A model generated the notes under the pieces. The model did not search any database, was not told the DNA's origin, and worked only from the letters and a program-made list of their open reading frames with translations. From Octopus sinensis (lineage: Eukaryota), in assembly GCF_006345805.1 (NCBI RefSeq), contig NC_042997.1, positions 150,288,001-150,352,000 on the forward strand: DNA of 64,000 nt, in the 5' to 3' direction. Positions 27,071 through 41,160 of the stretch are shown here, one piece after another. Both the position numbers and the translations under genes were made by a program. Each line of letters starts with the position of its first letter. Position 1 is the first letter of the stretch.

Positions 27071-29836
27071 GTGTGTTTGAATGTGTATGGCTTTCTTCTC
27101 CAAATATGATTAAAATTAGCGTCATTAATTATTGAGGCGGTGAAAGGATTTCGCAAAAACTGTAAACAAACGTTCTTAAATTTCAACTCAATTCAAAATG
27201 AATGGTATACAGCCATATTTCATTTTCAAAATTGCACAGTGTTTTCATGCTAGAATAAATATAAGCAAATTAATTGCAAGAATTTCACTGCGTTCACTTG
27301 TTTTTCTGTTTTTAAAATTCATTTTTCTGCTATTTTTTTTTTTTTGATATCTTGAGAATTCTATATTTCCTATGAAGTAGGTTTTACTTTCAAATTTTAA
27401 CGTTTATTTCGCTAATTCTTTGAGAGAGTGTTGATTATCTCTCACACAATCTTATTTCGCTTCGTTCAGAAATCATTAACGCTCCGCCGTTTTAAGTAAT
27501 CGATGGCTTTCAGAGAATGATGTAAATGTATATGCATGAGTAGCAATGAAAAAAAAAAAGATACGCGGCTTCTCCCCTTTCGGGGACTTACAATTAAATA
27601 CCTATTGCAGAAAGAAGTTACTTTATATACCGTAATTGACGATTGTATGAATATATTTCATACAGTGTTTATCAACACTTTAATTAGAAGCTCTTATGTG
27701 GTGAGAAACATACTTATATGAATATGTTAAATACTAAGGCATGTATGAGTGACAACTTTGAGCATGTTACAGTCATATTAGAGCTTTTCAGCGAAGGAAA
27801 GATTTCAGCCTGGTTACCAAATTACCAAGTAGGCAATAGTAATTATTTTACTACAACACCTTTCTATATACAGGCCCACTTCCCCCATAAAAACTGAAAA
27901 CACAGCACTTAGACTTAAAGTGTATGAAATGAGTTGTACTTTTCTTTTTCTCGTCCTTTTATTTAATTTAATATGAAACAGCCTTTTCTTTTTTATTTCC
28001 TCGCTCTAGGCAATTATTAGCACTGACAAAATTATTAACGCTGACGTAATGTTAAATTTGGCAAGAAATGTTTCAAACAACGAGATTTATTTCTTATGAC
28101 ACTAAAATCTCAGCTACTAAGTTTTGAGTGCAAAATTTTCAGCAACAAAACACCTATAGGGTAATTAGATATACTCACACAGAATATACGTAATTTAAAA
28201 AGTGTAAAGCTAATGATGGCGAAATGAGTGAGTCTGTTTTCGGTAAACGAAACAGGAAGAAAGAGAGAAAGTGAGACAGAGCTGGAATTAAGTGGTGGAT
28301 AAAGAAACATAAGTGTGATGGGAGATTAAGAATGGAATGTGCATAAACTATTTTGATGTTAGTAACTAAGATGAATGTGGCTATATATGTGTGCGCGTGT
28401 TTGACCGTATATTCGTTTTAAGAAATCTTAAAAACATAATTTTCTGTCTACGCATATCTGTCAGTTTATCTGTTTAGGCGAATGGACTATCTCTAAACTA
28501 CATGCGTACATATAAACCCGCGCCCCCATGCATATATGTATAAACAGAAGGATTTCAAATTATTTGTGCGTGTTTGAGTATGTGTACTTTTATATATCTA
28601 TCAATTTTTAAAGCCATAGGAGTAGTAATACTGAGCTGCCTATCGGAGATTTCGTACTTGTAGTAATTGTAACAGTATGTTCTTTTATGTATAATATGAT
28701 ACGAAAAGATTATTTTGAAGGATTTTGGAAAAAAAATGGCCTCATTATATATTGTACATGTTTGTGATAAAACTCTTATAGTTAAGTTGTGCCGATTAAA
28801 ATATTTCCTATATTTATGATATACAGGGAATTGTTATTTCATTATGTTTGAAAGTAAATTCAGTTATTTCCAATTAAATTAGATTTAGCATTTAAGAGGG
28901 ATAAGCGAATATGCACACATTTTCCTCGGGGAAACAAAAGTAGAATGACGTAAAACACGCTTTACAAAACGCGTTTTCAAACATTTGCTTTGATTCTAGT
29001 GTTTCTAAAAAGGGCATCTTGAATCTTCAAGGAGATTTGGCTGATAATTCTAAGTAGGTCATGCAAGGACATTTTGAATAATTCAACTTTAATGTCACAA
29101 TTTTCAATTTGAATATTTTTGCTGGTTCAAACATTCCACAGTTTTGTATAGCAGATGGTGTAAACATAGTGATGTTTATTTCCGCTCAAATTTCATTACA
29201 TAAGCACGACTTCCTTAGCCGGAAGCTAAAGAAATTGGATTAAATCTCTGTACATGGGATGTGCATAATTAAAGTTAGATTACTCAGAAAATGCCAATTA
29301 ATTTAGGGTAAATTATTTATTTATTTAATACAAAGTTATGTAGACATATGCACCTTTACTGTAACGAATATAGCACTGTGTCTGTGTGCGTGTATGTGTA
29401 TGCTGTACACTTCCTAACAGCGCGACACGTAAACTACAGTTTGCGCTATATGGGTGGGTATGCACACATACACACTCACGCACGCACATGAATAGTGCAT
29501 ATACGTAAGTGGCATTATTTATATTAACATCATGGAGCATATTTTAATAGCAGTTATTAACGAAATATTTTGTGTTTTTTAATGTTTGTTAACACCATGC
29601 CAACAAACAGGTGAAATATAAATTCAGCTAAGCGGCACTTCTTAATGTCTTTCCAATTGTCTACAAAAATCTTTGAAATTATAAGATCTGGTTATGTATA
29701 AATGAATCGTATATTCATGCGTATATATAATCGTCGGCAGACCTTCCAATACAGTGAATTATAAATAATCAGTTATAACAACTAGTTATCGGTACATCTA
29801 CGGCTAAGCAGAGATGCTATGCGTATTTACTCATAT

Positions 29837-29880
<44 letters not shown>

Positions 29881-31437
29881 TTTCAATACGCTTCTACAAG
29901 TAAAAAAAACAAGTATCAAATCCCGCAGCATAATCGTCCCTATTTACTAGTAATGTATATATGCTCAATGCGAAGTGGATCACAAACTTACATGAAGCAG
30001 AGCTTTTTATGAATAAGTAAGCAATTCACAAACTTCTTTGACAGATATATAGACTATCACAGTGTTTAGCACCAGATAGGTAGAATGTAGGATAGTAACA
30101 AAAAACTGGGGCATGTATTACCGGTTACCATTTGTCTTTCGTCTAATATTGATCGAGATTGGTCATGGCCTGAAGTTTCCCGAGAGTAGGGCCAAGTGCA
30201 AGTTAAGCAATGAATTGCACTAAAGGAAGCGATCCTGTAATGACCGCGTGCAAGTAAAGAGTAACAAAGTTTTTCATGCATTTGTTTTTCTTGACATCCT
30301 GACCGGCTGATGTTGCACCACAAGTTATCTCTGGTGATTTCAAGGACGTCCTGTTCACTTTTTCTATAGACATTTTTTATTCTAGAACATCAAAATGTGT
30401 AATAACAAAACATATTTTCATATACATAATGATGTTTATTCATGCGTAAGCGTCTTTAGAAATTTGTCGCAAATTATCTGATAAGGATCCATAATATATT
30501 TCGCATTGAATGAGCAATAACCATCGCGATAATGTAGTCCGTGAATTAACGCTTGTAGGAAACCTCAACACTAGACAATGAATATACTGGAAATTGTTAT
30601 ACTCAGTTCTATTGTTGGTTAGTAATGTTATAAAAGTTACCGTCCTACAATATAGTTGGCTTGAATATATGTTTTTTTGAAAGACTTCTGCGCCTAAGAT
30701 GGTGATTTATATGCAATCAACATTAAATCTGTCACTTCATTTAATCATTGAAGTAGAAGGTACAATGTTGTTGCTGTTATCATAATTGTTATTGTTTTTC
30801 GTGCAATTCATGTCTCCGTTCTCTGCAACTTTGGTCTACGTAAGTATAGCCCTAGACGCCTATGTTCAAAGATGTCCCTGCCTCAATCATCGCGTATTAT
30901 TTTCTGTACAGCTATATCATTCAAATCTGTTTATCCTATAAGACAGGAGAGAGTAACTTTACGGAAATTTTGTTGCTATTGCTAACAGGTGGAACGACTG
31001 TTAAGCGTTTCTTAATAGCATCGTTCAACGAATTTTACCACGTGTAGTATCGATATAGTTCCAATTCAAATTCGCAATGAACTAATTTCGATAAGTAGAT
31101 TTTATCGGCTTTATATCTATGACAGATGAAATGGTACAGCGGAGAGGCTTGAAAAAATATTAGGAAATTCTTCAATTTTTATTTGAAGCGGAAAGTGAAA
31201 CTAGAGAGAGAACAGCTGGCATCCTGTTATTGCGCTTCAACATACATTCACACACCTCCCCACAGGCGCACACATACATACTTACATATTTTCATAAATA
31301 CGTGTCTGTGTAAGAATGCATGCTCAAAAAGGTGAATGTGTGTGCCTATACGTGTACGTAGTAATGCACTTATGTAAATGCACACGTGTGTAATTGCGTA
31401 TGTGTATATATGTATGCATATCTGTTATGTATATATG

Positions 31438-31491
<54 letters not shown>

Positions 31492-31510
31492 GTATCTTTC
31501 TCTGTATAAT

Positions 31511-31632
31511 CTAGTTGCAGTTTTATTAGACCCACAATCGTAAGGTCTGGGTTTTAATTCTTGGACAGACGACATGTTGTAATCTTGAGCAAAGCACTTC
31601 GTTTGACATTGCTCCATTGTAGGCAGCTGAAA
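31511..31632 (+). mobile_element. SINE family C fragment
   Basis: ttgtaatcttgagcaaagcacttcgtttgacattgctcca matches the core of 13471-13760. Confidence 0.55.
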
Positions 31633-32375
31633 TGTATATAAATTATAACCAGAGACTGCCCGTGGCCCAGACGAGTGTCCTGTTTAAGTGTATTCTTGAA
31701 ATTTCACTAGCTTACATGATACGGAAATAGGTTAAATCTCCGGCCAAATGAAACAAATTTACTTTGTATCTATTTATATCCGTGCGTATATATCTATATG
31801 TAAGCATATATGAATTTATGAGTATATATATATATGTACATATGTGCAAATATGCGTATTTATGTAGGGATGTGTATGCATTGGTGACCGATTTGTGCGT
31901 GCGAAAATTCATTCTCTAATATTTTTTATTTATTTGCTTCTATATTTGTATCTCATGTTATATCTCTCTATGTGTTGCATTCCTATACGTGCTCGATTGA
32001 AATCACGATGAAGTCGACTGTCCCTTTCGTTCCAGTGGTGTCGTTAAGACAAAGTTCCACACGAATACTGGGCGTAGGTTTAATCGACTAACCGTTTTTA
32101 AAATTCTGGCATTCTGTTTATAATAAAGGAAATCATCATCATCATCATCATCATTATAATTATTTTGTGATGAAAACTCACAATTTATTTTGCTGGGCCT
32201 AATTGAGAATGTCAGCTGTACTCACCCAGCAGACTAAGGTGACACTTGTCAACTGTACATGCTTCAAAAACCTTGCAAAGATTTCTTGCAGTCCTAAGCA
32301 ATGCGGGTTTTTGTAGGTGTTCTATCTTCCCGCTTGTATAAATCTTTTGGATCCATGTTGGTAGTTGAGGGCTGA

Positions 32376-32443
<68 letters not shown>

Positions 32444-32460
32444 CATCATCATCATCATTT

Positions 32461-32666
32461 GGAAAAATCACTAGCATGCATGCCGGTCAAAATGCCTAGC
32501 AGCATTTCGTCCGTTTAAACGTTCTGTGTTTCAAATTCCACCATGGTCAGGTTTGCCTTTCATCCTTTCGGGATCAACGAAGTGAGTACCATTTGCACAC
32601 TGGGTTCAATGCCGTTGACTCGTGACATTTCTCGAGATTACTGGTCTTGTGACAAAATTTGAAACC
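32461..32666 (+). mobile_element. SINE family A
   Basis: Collinear with 54560-54772 and ends caaaatttgaaacc. Confidence 0.75.
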
Positions 32667-32819
32667 TTTATTATTCTTATTACGCTGTCATCAAATTAGC
32701 CTTTCATCCTATCGGAGTCGAATCCATAAAGTACCAGGTAATAAGGTTGGTATAAGCGATCCTTTCTTTTAACAAATTGCTGACCTGGTAGCAAGATTTT
32801 CAGGGATTATCATTATTAT

Positions 32820-33345
32820 TGAGTGATAGTGTAGAGCATGCCATCAAAGTGACACTGGGGTAAAATATACCCATCATGACTACCTGTCTGATAAGGGTAC
32901 ACTAGGCAGATGCATCACAACCATAAGTGCATGACATGGTGATATCAAGATAAACAGCGCATGACCTTGTAGGTGGGGGCCAGTTAGATGTTCTTCATGT
33001 CGAGTAGTCCATCCCACTCAAAAGGTCCTTTCATAAGGATTGTGTTAGGATGTTGACTAAAACACCCATGTTTCCAGAGGTAAATTATTCAAGCTCCAAA
33101 TAATTCCTCACAATACATGCCTGTGATGCTACCCCACAACTTCTGCTCGTGATTAGAGATGCACATATCGTCAACCTCTAAGGGACATGCTGAACTGGTT
33201 AAGATCAACCAACTGACTAGCAAATCTGTGGTATTAAGCAGAATATTTGCAGTAGACCATCTTTTATACCAAGACAAAGCAATGTACATGATAACACTTT
33301 TAATCAGTTAAGATTAGAAGCTATGAGAGCCACTGCCTGGTATGA
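32820..33345. mobile_element. Unclassified interspersed repeat (possibly the 3' region of a LINE)
   Basis: High-complexity island of higher GC between ATT/GAT arrays. I recall similar sequence as an abundant octopus repeat but cannot verify this. No convincing ORF. Confidence 0.35.
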
Positions 33346-33350
33346 TGATG

Positions 33351-33437
<87 letters not shown>

Positions 33438-33648
33438 GACGGTAAGCTTGCAGAATCGTTAGCACGCTGGACAAAATGCTTAGCGGTATTTTCCTCGTCG
33501 CTACGTTCTAAGTTCAAATTCTGCCGAAGTCGACCTTGTCTTTTATTCTTTCGAGGTTGATAAAATAAGTACCAGTGAAACATTGGGTGCGATGTAAACG
33601 GCCAGTCCTTTCGACACAAATTTAAGGCCTTGTACCTTTATTAGAAAG
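33438..33648 (+). mobile_element. SINE family A
   Basis: Head ggtaagcttgcagaatcgttagcac, B box aagttcaaattc and an (ATT)n tail. Confidence 0.85.
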
Positions 33649-33665
33649 TATTATTATTATTATTC

Positions 33666-33867
33666 AGGCAGCAGGATGGTTAGCACGTCGGGCAAAATGC
33701 TTAACGGCATTTCGTCCATCTTTACGTCCTGTGTTCTGTTTCTGCTGTAGTAGACGACTTTGCCTTTGATCCTTTCGGAGTCGATGGATTAAGTAGCAGT
33801 CAATCACTGGGAGTGATGTAAATGACTAGTAATTTCCCACCCAAATTTTAGGCCTTGTGCCTATAAG

Positions 33868-33868
<1 letters not shown>
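33666..33868 (+). mobile_element. SINE family A
   Basis: Same body, directly after the previous copy's ATT tail, with its own (ATT)n tail at 33869-33946. Confidence 0.8.
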
Positions 33869-33929
<61 letters not shown>

Positions 33930-34079
33930 CATTATTATTATTATTAGGAGAGTATTATAGTTCACTTGAAGCATTGTGTGTTGTTTGTACAGAATAAAAA
34001 CTTTTGAATCGTACAACAATGTACTATAATATAGACAATGGGCTATTTACCTGTTGTAATTTTTTTTATCCATAGTCTG

Positions 34080-34116
34080 ATATGATATTTCGGAATTATA
34101 TTCCATCTTCAGATAT
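34080..34116 (-). ncRNA. Minimal type-I hammerhead ribozyme motif (PLE-type)
   Basis: Minus strand: AUAU CUGAAGA U GGAAU-AUA-AUUCC GAAA UA UC^AUAU. The core is intact, stem II has 5 bp, stem III is a palindromic AUAU and stem I has 4 bp. Confidence 0.7.
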
Positions 34117-34415
34117 TCTTTGATGGAGTCGCTGTTATAATTGGTTTTCTAACGGCTTTTCTTTAATCATTTTTTGGAAGCGTCTCAGTAGTGGTCTCTC
34201 GATGCTCCTTCCGGAATTCCTCATGAGAAGTGTGTGAGGTCAGCCATATCTCAAACTTGTGTGTACTGATACATCTGTAGCGCTGCTTCTAAGTTACGTA
34301 TTATATGTGCAGCTTCCTTTTTCCCCTTCTTTCTTTTTCTCTTCTCTTAATTTTTTTGTTAAAAACTGCAGATGGGCATACTATCCAAAATGAACCTACA
34401 CGCATACATATGTAT

Positions 34416-34619
34416 CTAAATAATGTATTGATTACCAACATGTAGCCTGTTGTCAATTTGGGGCCCTAGTCTGTGCATGAGTATAGCTTCCTTAATTCTT
34501 AAATTACACAAATTTCTTTCATTGGCCTCGATTGTGAGTGTTATGTTTTTGTCGGTGTTCCAGCATCTGTCTAGATGTTTTCAGAAGGAGGAAGCTCTTG
34601 TGTTCAGATGATGTCTCAT
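34416..34619 (-). pseudogene. C-terminus of a Penelope-type GIY-YIG endonuclease domain
   Basis: MRHHLNTRASSF*KHLDRCWNTDKNITLTIEANERNLCNLRIKEAILMHRLGPQIDNRLHVGNQYII* resembles the PLE endonuclease end (..HL..S..+HL.....I...E......LRIKEAI.I....P.IN). Confidence 0.75.
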
Positions 34620-35130
34620 GTTCAGATGAGAGCTTCCTCCTTCTGAAAACATCTAGATAGATGCCGGAACACCGACACAAACATAACAGTCACAATTGAA
34701 GCCAATGAAAGAAATTTGGGTAATTTAAGAATTAAGGAAGCTATACATACTCAGACTAGGACCCCAATCTGGAGGCTGGTAATCAATAAATTATTTAGAT
34801 ACATCTGGATACGTGTTGGTTCATTTTTAATATCATGCTCATCTGTAGTTTTTAACAGAAAAAAAAGAAAGGAGAAAAAGAAAGTAGGAAAAAAGGAAAC
34901 TGCACGTATAAATAGGTAACTTAGAAGCAGCGCTATGGATGTACCAGTACACACGAGATTGAGACATGATCGACCTCACACAATTCTCATGAAGTTAGAA
35001 AACCAGAAAGGGCCATTAGAAAACCGATTATAACAGCGACTCCATCTAAGAATATCCGAAGAAGGAATATAATTCCGAGGTAAATAGCCCATTGTCTATA
35101 TTATAGTGCATTGTTGTATCATTCAAAACG

Positions 35131-35206
<76 letters not shown>

Positions 35207-35229
35207 TTTATTGGTGGTGGTAGTGGTGT

Positions 35230-35269
<40 letters not shown>

Positions 35270-35270
35270 G

Positions 35271-35315
<45 letters not shown>

Positions 35316-35322
35316 TTTCTAA

Positions 35323-35503
35323 GGCGGTGTGCTGGCAGGGTCGTTAGCACGCTGGACGAAATGCTTCGCAGTATTTCACTCGTCGCTGCGATATGAGTTC
35401 AAATTTCGGTTTCGATAAATTAATTAGCAGTTGAGCACTGGGGTCGATGTGATCGACTATCCACCTACCCTAAATCTGAGGCTTTGTGCTTCCAGTAGAA
35501 AAG
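35323..35503 (+). mobile_element. SINE family A (internally deleted)
   Basis: Head ggcggtgtgctggcagggtcgttagcacg, B box gagttcaaatttc and an (ATT)n tail. Confidence 0.8.
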
Positions 35504-35541
35504 ATTATTATTATTATTATTATCATTATTATTATTGTTAC

Positions 35542-35590
<49 letters not shown>

Positions 35591-35940
35591 ATTATTATTA
35601 TTATTATTATTATCATTATTATTATTATTGTTATCTTGCTGTTGTTGTGGTACTTGAAGTTGTGGTTAAAATGTATAGTAAATGGTATCATTTACGTAAT
35701 TTTAGTTGTTTGCGTTTAACGTAGTAGTCTTCCTATGTGTTTACATATGCAGTAGTGCGTAAGTGCCTGTGTGTGTACTATACGTCTGTTTTAGACGTGT
35801 ATGTGCATGCATTTGCGTACATTTGAAAACATATTGAAAATGAAAGTTTCCGATATTTTCAGTCGATTTTCGCATTGCAGCGATCTGCATGTGTACTTTG
35901 GAAAAATAAACATTTCCTAACGATCACATCCTCAAATATT

Positions 35941-36205
35941 GGTTAAACACCGACCACGCCAACATTACCCATGCAGCTCGGAATAAAGCAACGGCAACAG
36001 CAACAACCCGAAATGTAAATAAAACTGTAAACCGCAATAATCTGCATGCCATTTCTGAAATTTCAATTATTTATTGCATGTAAAAATTTGTTTTATTTTG
36101 GAATAAGATTGATTAGAAATACACCATAAAAGATTGTATACGTTAACAGTAACACTTAAAAAAATTAGCTGTTTCTCTATCCATATTATCTATATTTCTA
36201 TGTGC

Positions 36206-36256
<51 letters not shown>

Positions 36257-36257
36257 C

Positions 36258-36326
<69 letters not shown>

Positions 36327-36415
36327 TAGAGATATATAGATATATAGATATATAGGTACACATAGATGTGTGTACACAGGTATGTACGTCGCTTCTATAT
36401 ATCTATATCTATCTA

Positions 36416-36462
<47 letters not shown>

Positions 36463-36669
36463 CACATAGAAATATGCACACCAGCAGACCCAGATATTCA
36501 TTCAGCAATGGGTAGCATTGATGGGAGAGACATCCTGGGATACCTTTCCTTGTGTGAAACTAGAACAACAGACGTCATATAACCACTATTTTACTTTAGA
36601 GTTAGGGTTAGGGTTAGGGTTAAACACCAACCACGCCAACATTACCCATACAGCTAGGAATAAAGCAAC
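35941..36669. repeat. 52-bp direct repeat pair (35941-35992, 36618-36669); the second copy is preceded by TTAGAG(TTAGGG)3
   Basis: ggttaaacacc(g/a)accacgccaacattacccat(g/a)cagct(c/a)ggaataaagcaac, with 3 mismatches. The telomere-like units are at 36596-36619. Confidence 0.85.
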
Positions 36670-38914
36670 TTTAACAGCCCATCTCCACCAGTGACACCAT
36701 CTAACATATTTAACTCTCTAAACAATAATTTGCAACTGTTGCGGTTTGGTTTGTTATTTGCGTCTTTAACTGTCCAGTCTTGTATATCAGAAACTACTGA
36801 AGCTAGGAAGACTCAATATTTTATCAATCATTATAAAAAAAAGGAGATAAACAAAAGCTTTTGTTTGTGTATTGAAGAATTTTTGTATGTTAAGCAAGTC
36901 ATCTAACTATTAAATATTCTACACAGCTGATATTCAACATGTCATAAGCTGGGCGATTTACGAGTTCAACAACAAACAAAAACTTTTAAACGATAAAGAA
37001 AACGCCAGACGTACATAGCAACACACTATCAGATGTGTAGCTATTATTGTCAAAAGTGAAAAAAAAACCTTGATATCTTTATCGTAAACTTTCGCATATA
37101 CATTTACAGAGCAGCGCAGTACATTTCAAGTATAGGTTTAAGTAATTCGATATTTGAAAAAAAGAAATTAAGATATGAATAAATTGTAAGCCAAACAGAG
37201 GAAGTAGATGTTCAGGAAAGCTATATCTTTCAGGGAAATACGCATTTTACCAGTTTGGTTTAAAGATATAAATTCCAATCTTTCTTATTTATATTCTCCA
37301 GGAATTCAATTCTAACATATCGTACACAAGTTATTTCCCTTTCTTGTTTGCACATTTAATCACTCCGAGATGTTGCTAGCTTCTAATTGATTAGTTGATT
37401 TTTAATTATCGAAGATTAACGTTCCAGTAAATAATTACATACATGGCCAACCGGCACTCGCTATTGAATATTGCTTGGTAACTTGTACTGGACTTCTTGT
37501 TTTAATTGTTATTAGAGTCTGTGTCATTACGAGCAGATATAGACCTGATCTCTTGCCCCCAGCCCCACTTTTGATAGTGGCACACCTACGATGTGGCACA
37601 CTGTAAGTTACATATAGACGTTAATTTACCGTAGACTGGAGAAACATGAAATTAATGTCTCCCTGAAAAGCAAAACACGACACCTGGTCCAGAAACTGAA
37701 ATCTTGACATTACTATGAGTTCTCTCCTCATCGGCAAATATCTTTGCAACGTATGTGAGACACTACCTTATTAATATGAAGTTTCAGATGATAATGACAA
37801 TGGGATATACATTCAAAACATTGACTCCATAGTTCAAACAAACATAGGTAAACGTTCATAGAACATAAATTATAGATACAGACTAATATACCTTAGGCAA
37901 TTACATACATACATACATACATACACCATTATTCAGTTTTCTTCCAAGATTTCTTGTCAATAGAGAAAGGGCCGATTTCTTACCTTAATCTAAGGTTTCT
38001 TCATTGAAATTTCAACGTCAACGGGGTATTTTTGTATGTTTGTGCAGATTTAATGTTTTGTCTAATGTCTGTATTCTCACGCATATAGTTGCATGTCTGG
38101 ACATGTTCATATATACCTCAATGATAAACGTCTGGAAAGTTTTACAGATTTTTACCGTTCCAGTGATAGCTTAGATTGTAGACTTCGAGTAAGCTTTCTA
38201 CTATATGGGTTTGGGAGGTTTAATTTCTCAAGTTTGGTATTTAGGCAGTGTGTTACATATACCGGTGCCCCAATAATTACAGGTATAAGCCTGTAATATG
38301 TATACATGTATGCGTGCATCTATGACTTATACATATGTCTGTATATATATCTTGTACATACACATACATATAGATAGATAGATGATAGAGAGGGAGTGAG
38401 CAAATATACACACATGAGATTTAATGAATATAGGAGTTATATATGAGTACTTCAAGGTTTAAGATCGGGTAGAACAGAAGTCGAATTGTGTAACGTACCA
38501 TTCTCAAACTGGTAATCGTACGACATCCGATATAATGGCCACTACGTGCTGCAAATGCAAAAATAATGAGAAAAATATTACGAGAAAAACAAATAAGAAA
38601 CGATAGGAAACGATTTAAAGGAAGGAGGGATAATTTTACTTCATGTAATATAGATTACACGTTAAATGAAGAATATAGTTGCTGTTCAATGATTACATAA
38701 AAATCCATGCCAAATGGAGACGATCAAATGGATGAAAGGCTAATTCAGTCTCTCTAATCCGAAGAGGAATATTTGTCTTCCACTTCGTTTACAGAAAATT
38801 GCCTTGATGCATACACTTTTGAAAATTTTGGAGCTGGCAATATTTTGACCGTTAATGTACTGTCTAGATATATCTACGCTGTGGGAAACTATTCTCCACA
38901 TCACACATTCATAC

Positions 38915-39050
38915 GTAAATACACAACGGGCTTCTTTCAGTTTCTGTTTACGAAATAAAATCTACACACAAGTTTTTGGTCGGTCAGTGGTTTCAGTAGA
39001 AGACACTTTGTCAAGTTTCTGCATAATGTGAATGAATGCCAACTGCCTGA
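38915..39050 (-). mobile_element. SINE family B fragment
   Basis: The minus strand reads aagtgtcttctact...ccgaccaaaa...aaactgaaagaagcccgt, as in 43899-44310. Confidence 0.6.
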
Positions 39051-39297
39051 TAGACAAACGTTGCACTGCAACCTTTTTTTACAAACGACGTAGAAGAGAC
39101 AGAAGCATAAGAACTTCAAGAAGCTAAAATTTAAAATTCAACATTTGCATCGTATTTCAAGTATTACGTTTTGAAAGAGAATTCTACTTCGATTGAATCA
39201 TATGAACAATGAAAACGTGAAATAAAGCACAACAAATCACTGAAAAGCATGCACAAGCACGCTCGTATAAGTGTACGCATGTCTCTATGTATGTTTA

Positions 39298-39336
<39 letters not shown>

Positions 39337-39359
39337 GTGTGTATATATGTGTATAGATA

Positions 39360-39430
<71 letters not shown>

Positions 39431-41047
39431 TGTATATATTTATATACGTATGTGTGTATATATATATATAGGCATGTCTATATATATGTGTATATATATA
39501 AACATATATATGCATGTATATGTGTGTGTATATGTATCTATCGCACTTTTTCTCTCTCTCTCTTTCTCACCTTCTCTCTCCCCCCTGTCTCTCTCTCTCA
39601 TATATATTTATGCAGAATGTTTCTAATAGTTGTGTGTATAACATCTCTAGTAGTGTAACGTAAGCCGACCAAAATAAAAAAAATGACCACATTTCTTTTT
39701 TTTTTTTTTTGCTTTCCATCCTTTATCGTGGTTTATATTGACTCAAATACTTTCTAATAAATCTATAAAGAATAGGAAAGGAATGCTTAAAGAATGCTGT
39801 AGAAATTGTTTATTACAATTATCAGGATGTGTCAACATTGAAATTTTAATAATGTTACGTCGTGTAAAGTGAGAAAATGATGCAGTTTGAAACAGTTCCA
39901 GAATTCTGCGGCGGACGCTGAGTGTTTAGATTTATACACTTAGTCTTCTGTGACAGTAATTCTATACTCATGTTCCGACTGTCTGGGCGTTTCTATTGAT
40001 TCTTCAACCGAAAAATAGTTTATTGACATAATTTTTTTCCTCAATAAATTTATTTTATATTTTTTTTATTTTCTCCATGATTTTTGCAATTGTGATATAA
40101 TAATAATAATAATAATAATATTAATAATAATAATAATAATAATAATTAATAATAATAATAATAATAATATTAATAATAATAATAATATTATTATTATTAA
40201 TAATAATAATAATAATTCTTAATGATAATCTGTGTGTGCGTATGTGTGTTTGTGCGTATGTGTGTTTGTGTGTATGCGTGTGCATTTATACGTGTGCGTT
40301 TGTATGTTGAAATAATGGACGAATTGAAGTTTAGATGTTCCGCTTCCTACTACGGAGAAGCAGACTTTGTTAGATTCTAACTAGCAGCGAGCATTCCTCT
40401 CCATCCGCCTTTACTGCTATCGAACGACAACACCTTTCAGGAATGTCTTTGATTGTCCATGCAGCTAATTTCTACATCCCGGAATCCGTTTGTCTGTGGA
40501 AAAGACATAAAAAGCACACAAACGCAAACAGCAATTTCCTGTCTGATTATGTAAATAGAAAATGGGATGTGGGGTTTTATGGAAAATAACCGGATACGTT
40601 TTCACAATGGTTTCTAGAGAAAATTTATTAGGGGGAAATATTCCCTCCTACAGCATAACTAATAACAACAATAATAATAACTTCAAGAAGATTCTTAACA
40701 ATAACATCATCAACAATAATCATAATGACTATAACGATAATAATATATTTCAACTCCGGCTCAAGGTCGCACATCGTAAGAGGTAGTAGCTATAATGGAT
40801 TACATCGCCAACAACCGGACAGATGCTTTATTTTATCGGCCTCGAAAGGATGAAGAATCTTAGGTGACTCCGGCGCTATTTGAAAGCATAAAGGGAAAGG
40901 GGTTTAATTGAATAACACAAGGAAATGTGTTTATTGTTCCCTGATTCAACCGATTCTCTCTAGTCCAGCAGTGAAATGTTGACTCCATCACAAGTTACAG
41001 ACGCATGGTATTTTGTCCGGGGCCCTACTAGTCGTGTCATCCAACAA

Positions 41048-41093
<46 letters not shown>

Positions 41094-41109
41094 AATAATA
41101 AAAATAATG

Positions 41110-41153
<44 letters not shown>

Positions 41154-41160
41154 TACAAAA

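Larger units (their letters stand above)
33993..35137. mobile_element. Penelope-like element 3' ends arranged as a ~1.1-kb inverted pair
   Basis: The left arm 33993-34598 is the reverse complement of the right arm 34629-35137. The inner ~117 nt have 7 mismatches and the outer parts carry indels. It encodes a GIY-YIG-like C-terminus and contains a hammerhead motif. Confidence 0.85.

Noticed and set aside
30066-30347. 85-aa Cys-containing minus-strand ORF
   Set aside because: The acceptor is weak, no domain pattern is evident and it starts at TTG.
32380-35635. CRISPR-like repeat-spacer array
   Set aside because: The recurring units are ~200-bp diverged SINEs separated by microsatellites in a eukaryotic context, with no regular short repeats or cas genes.
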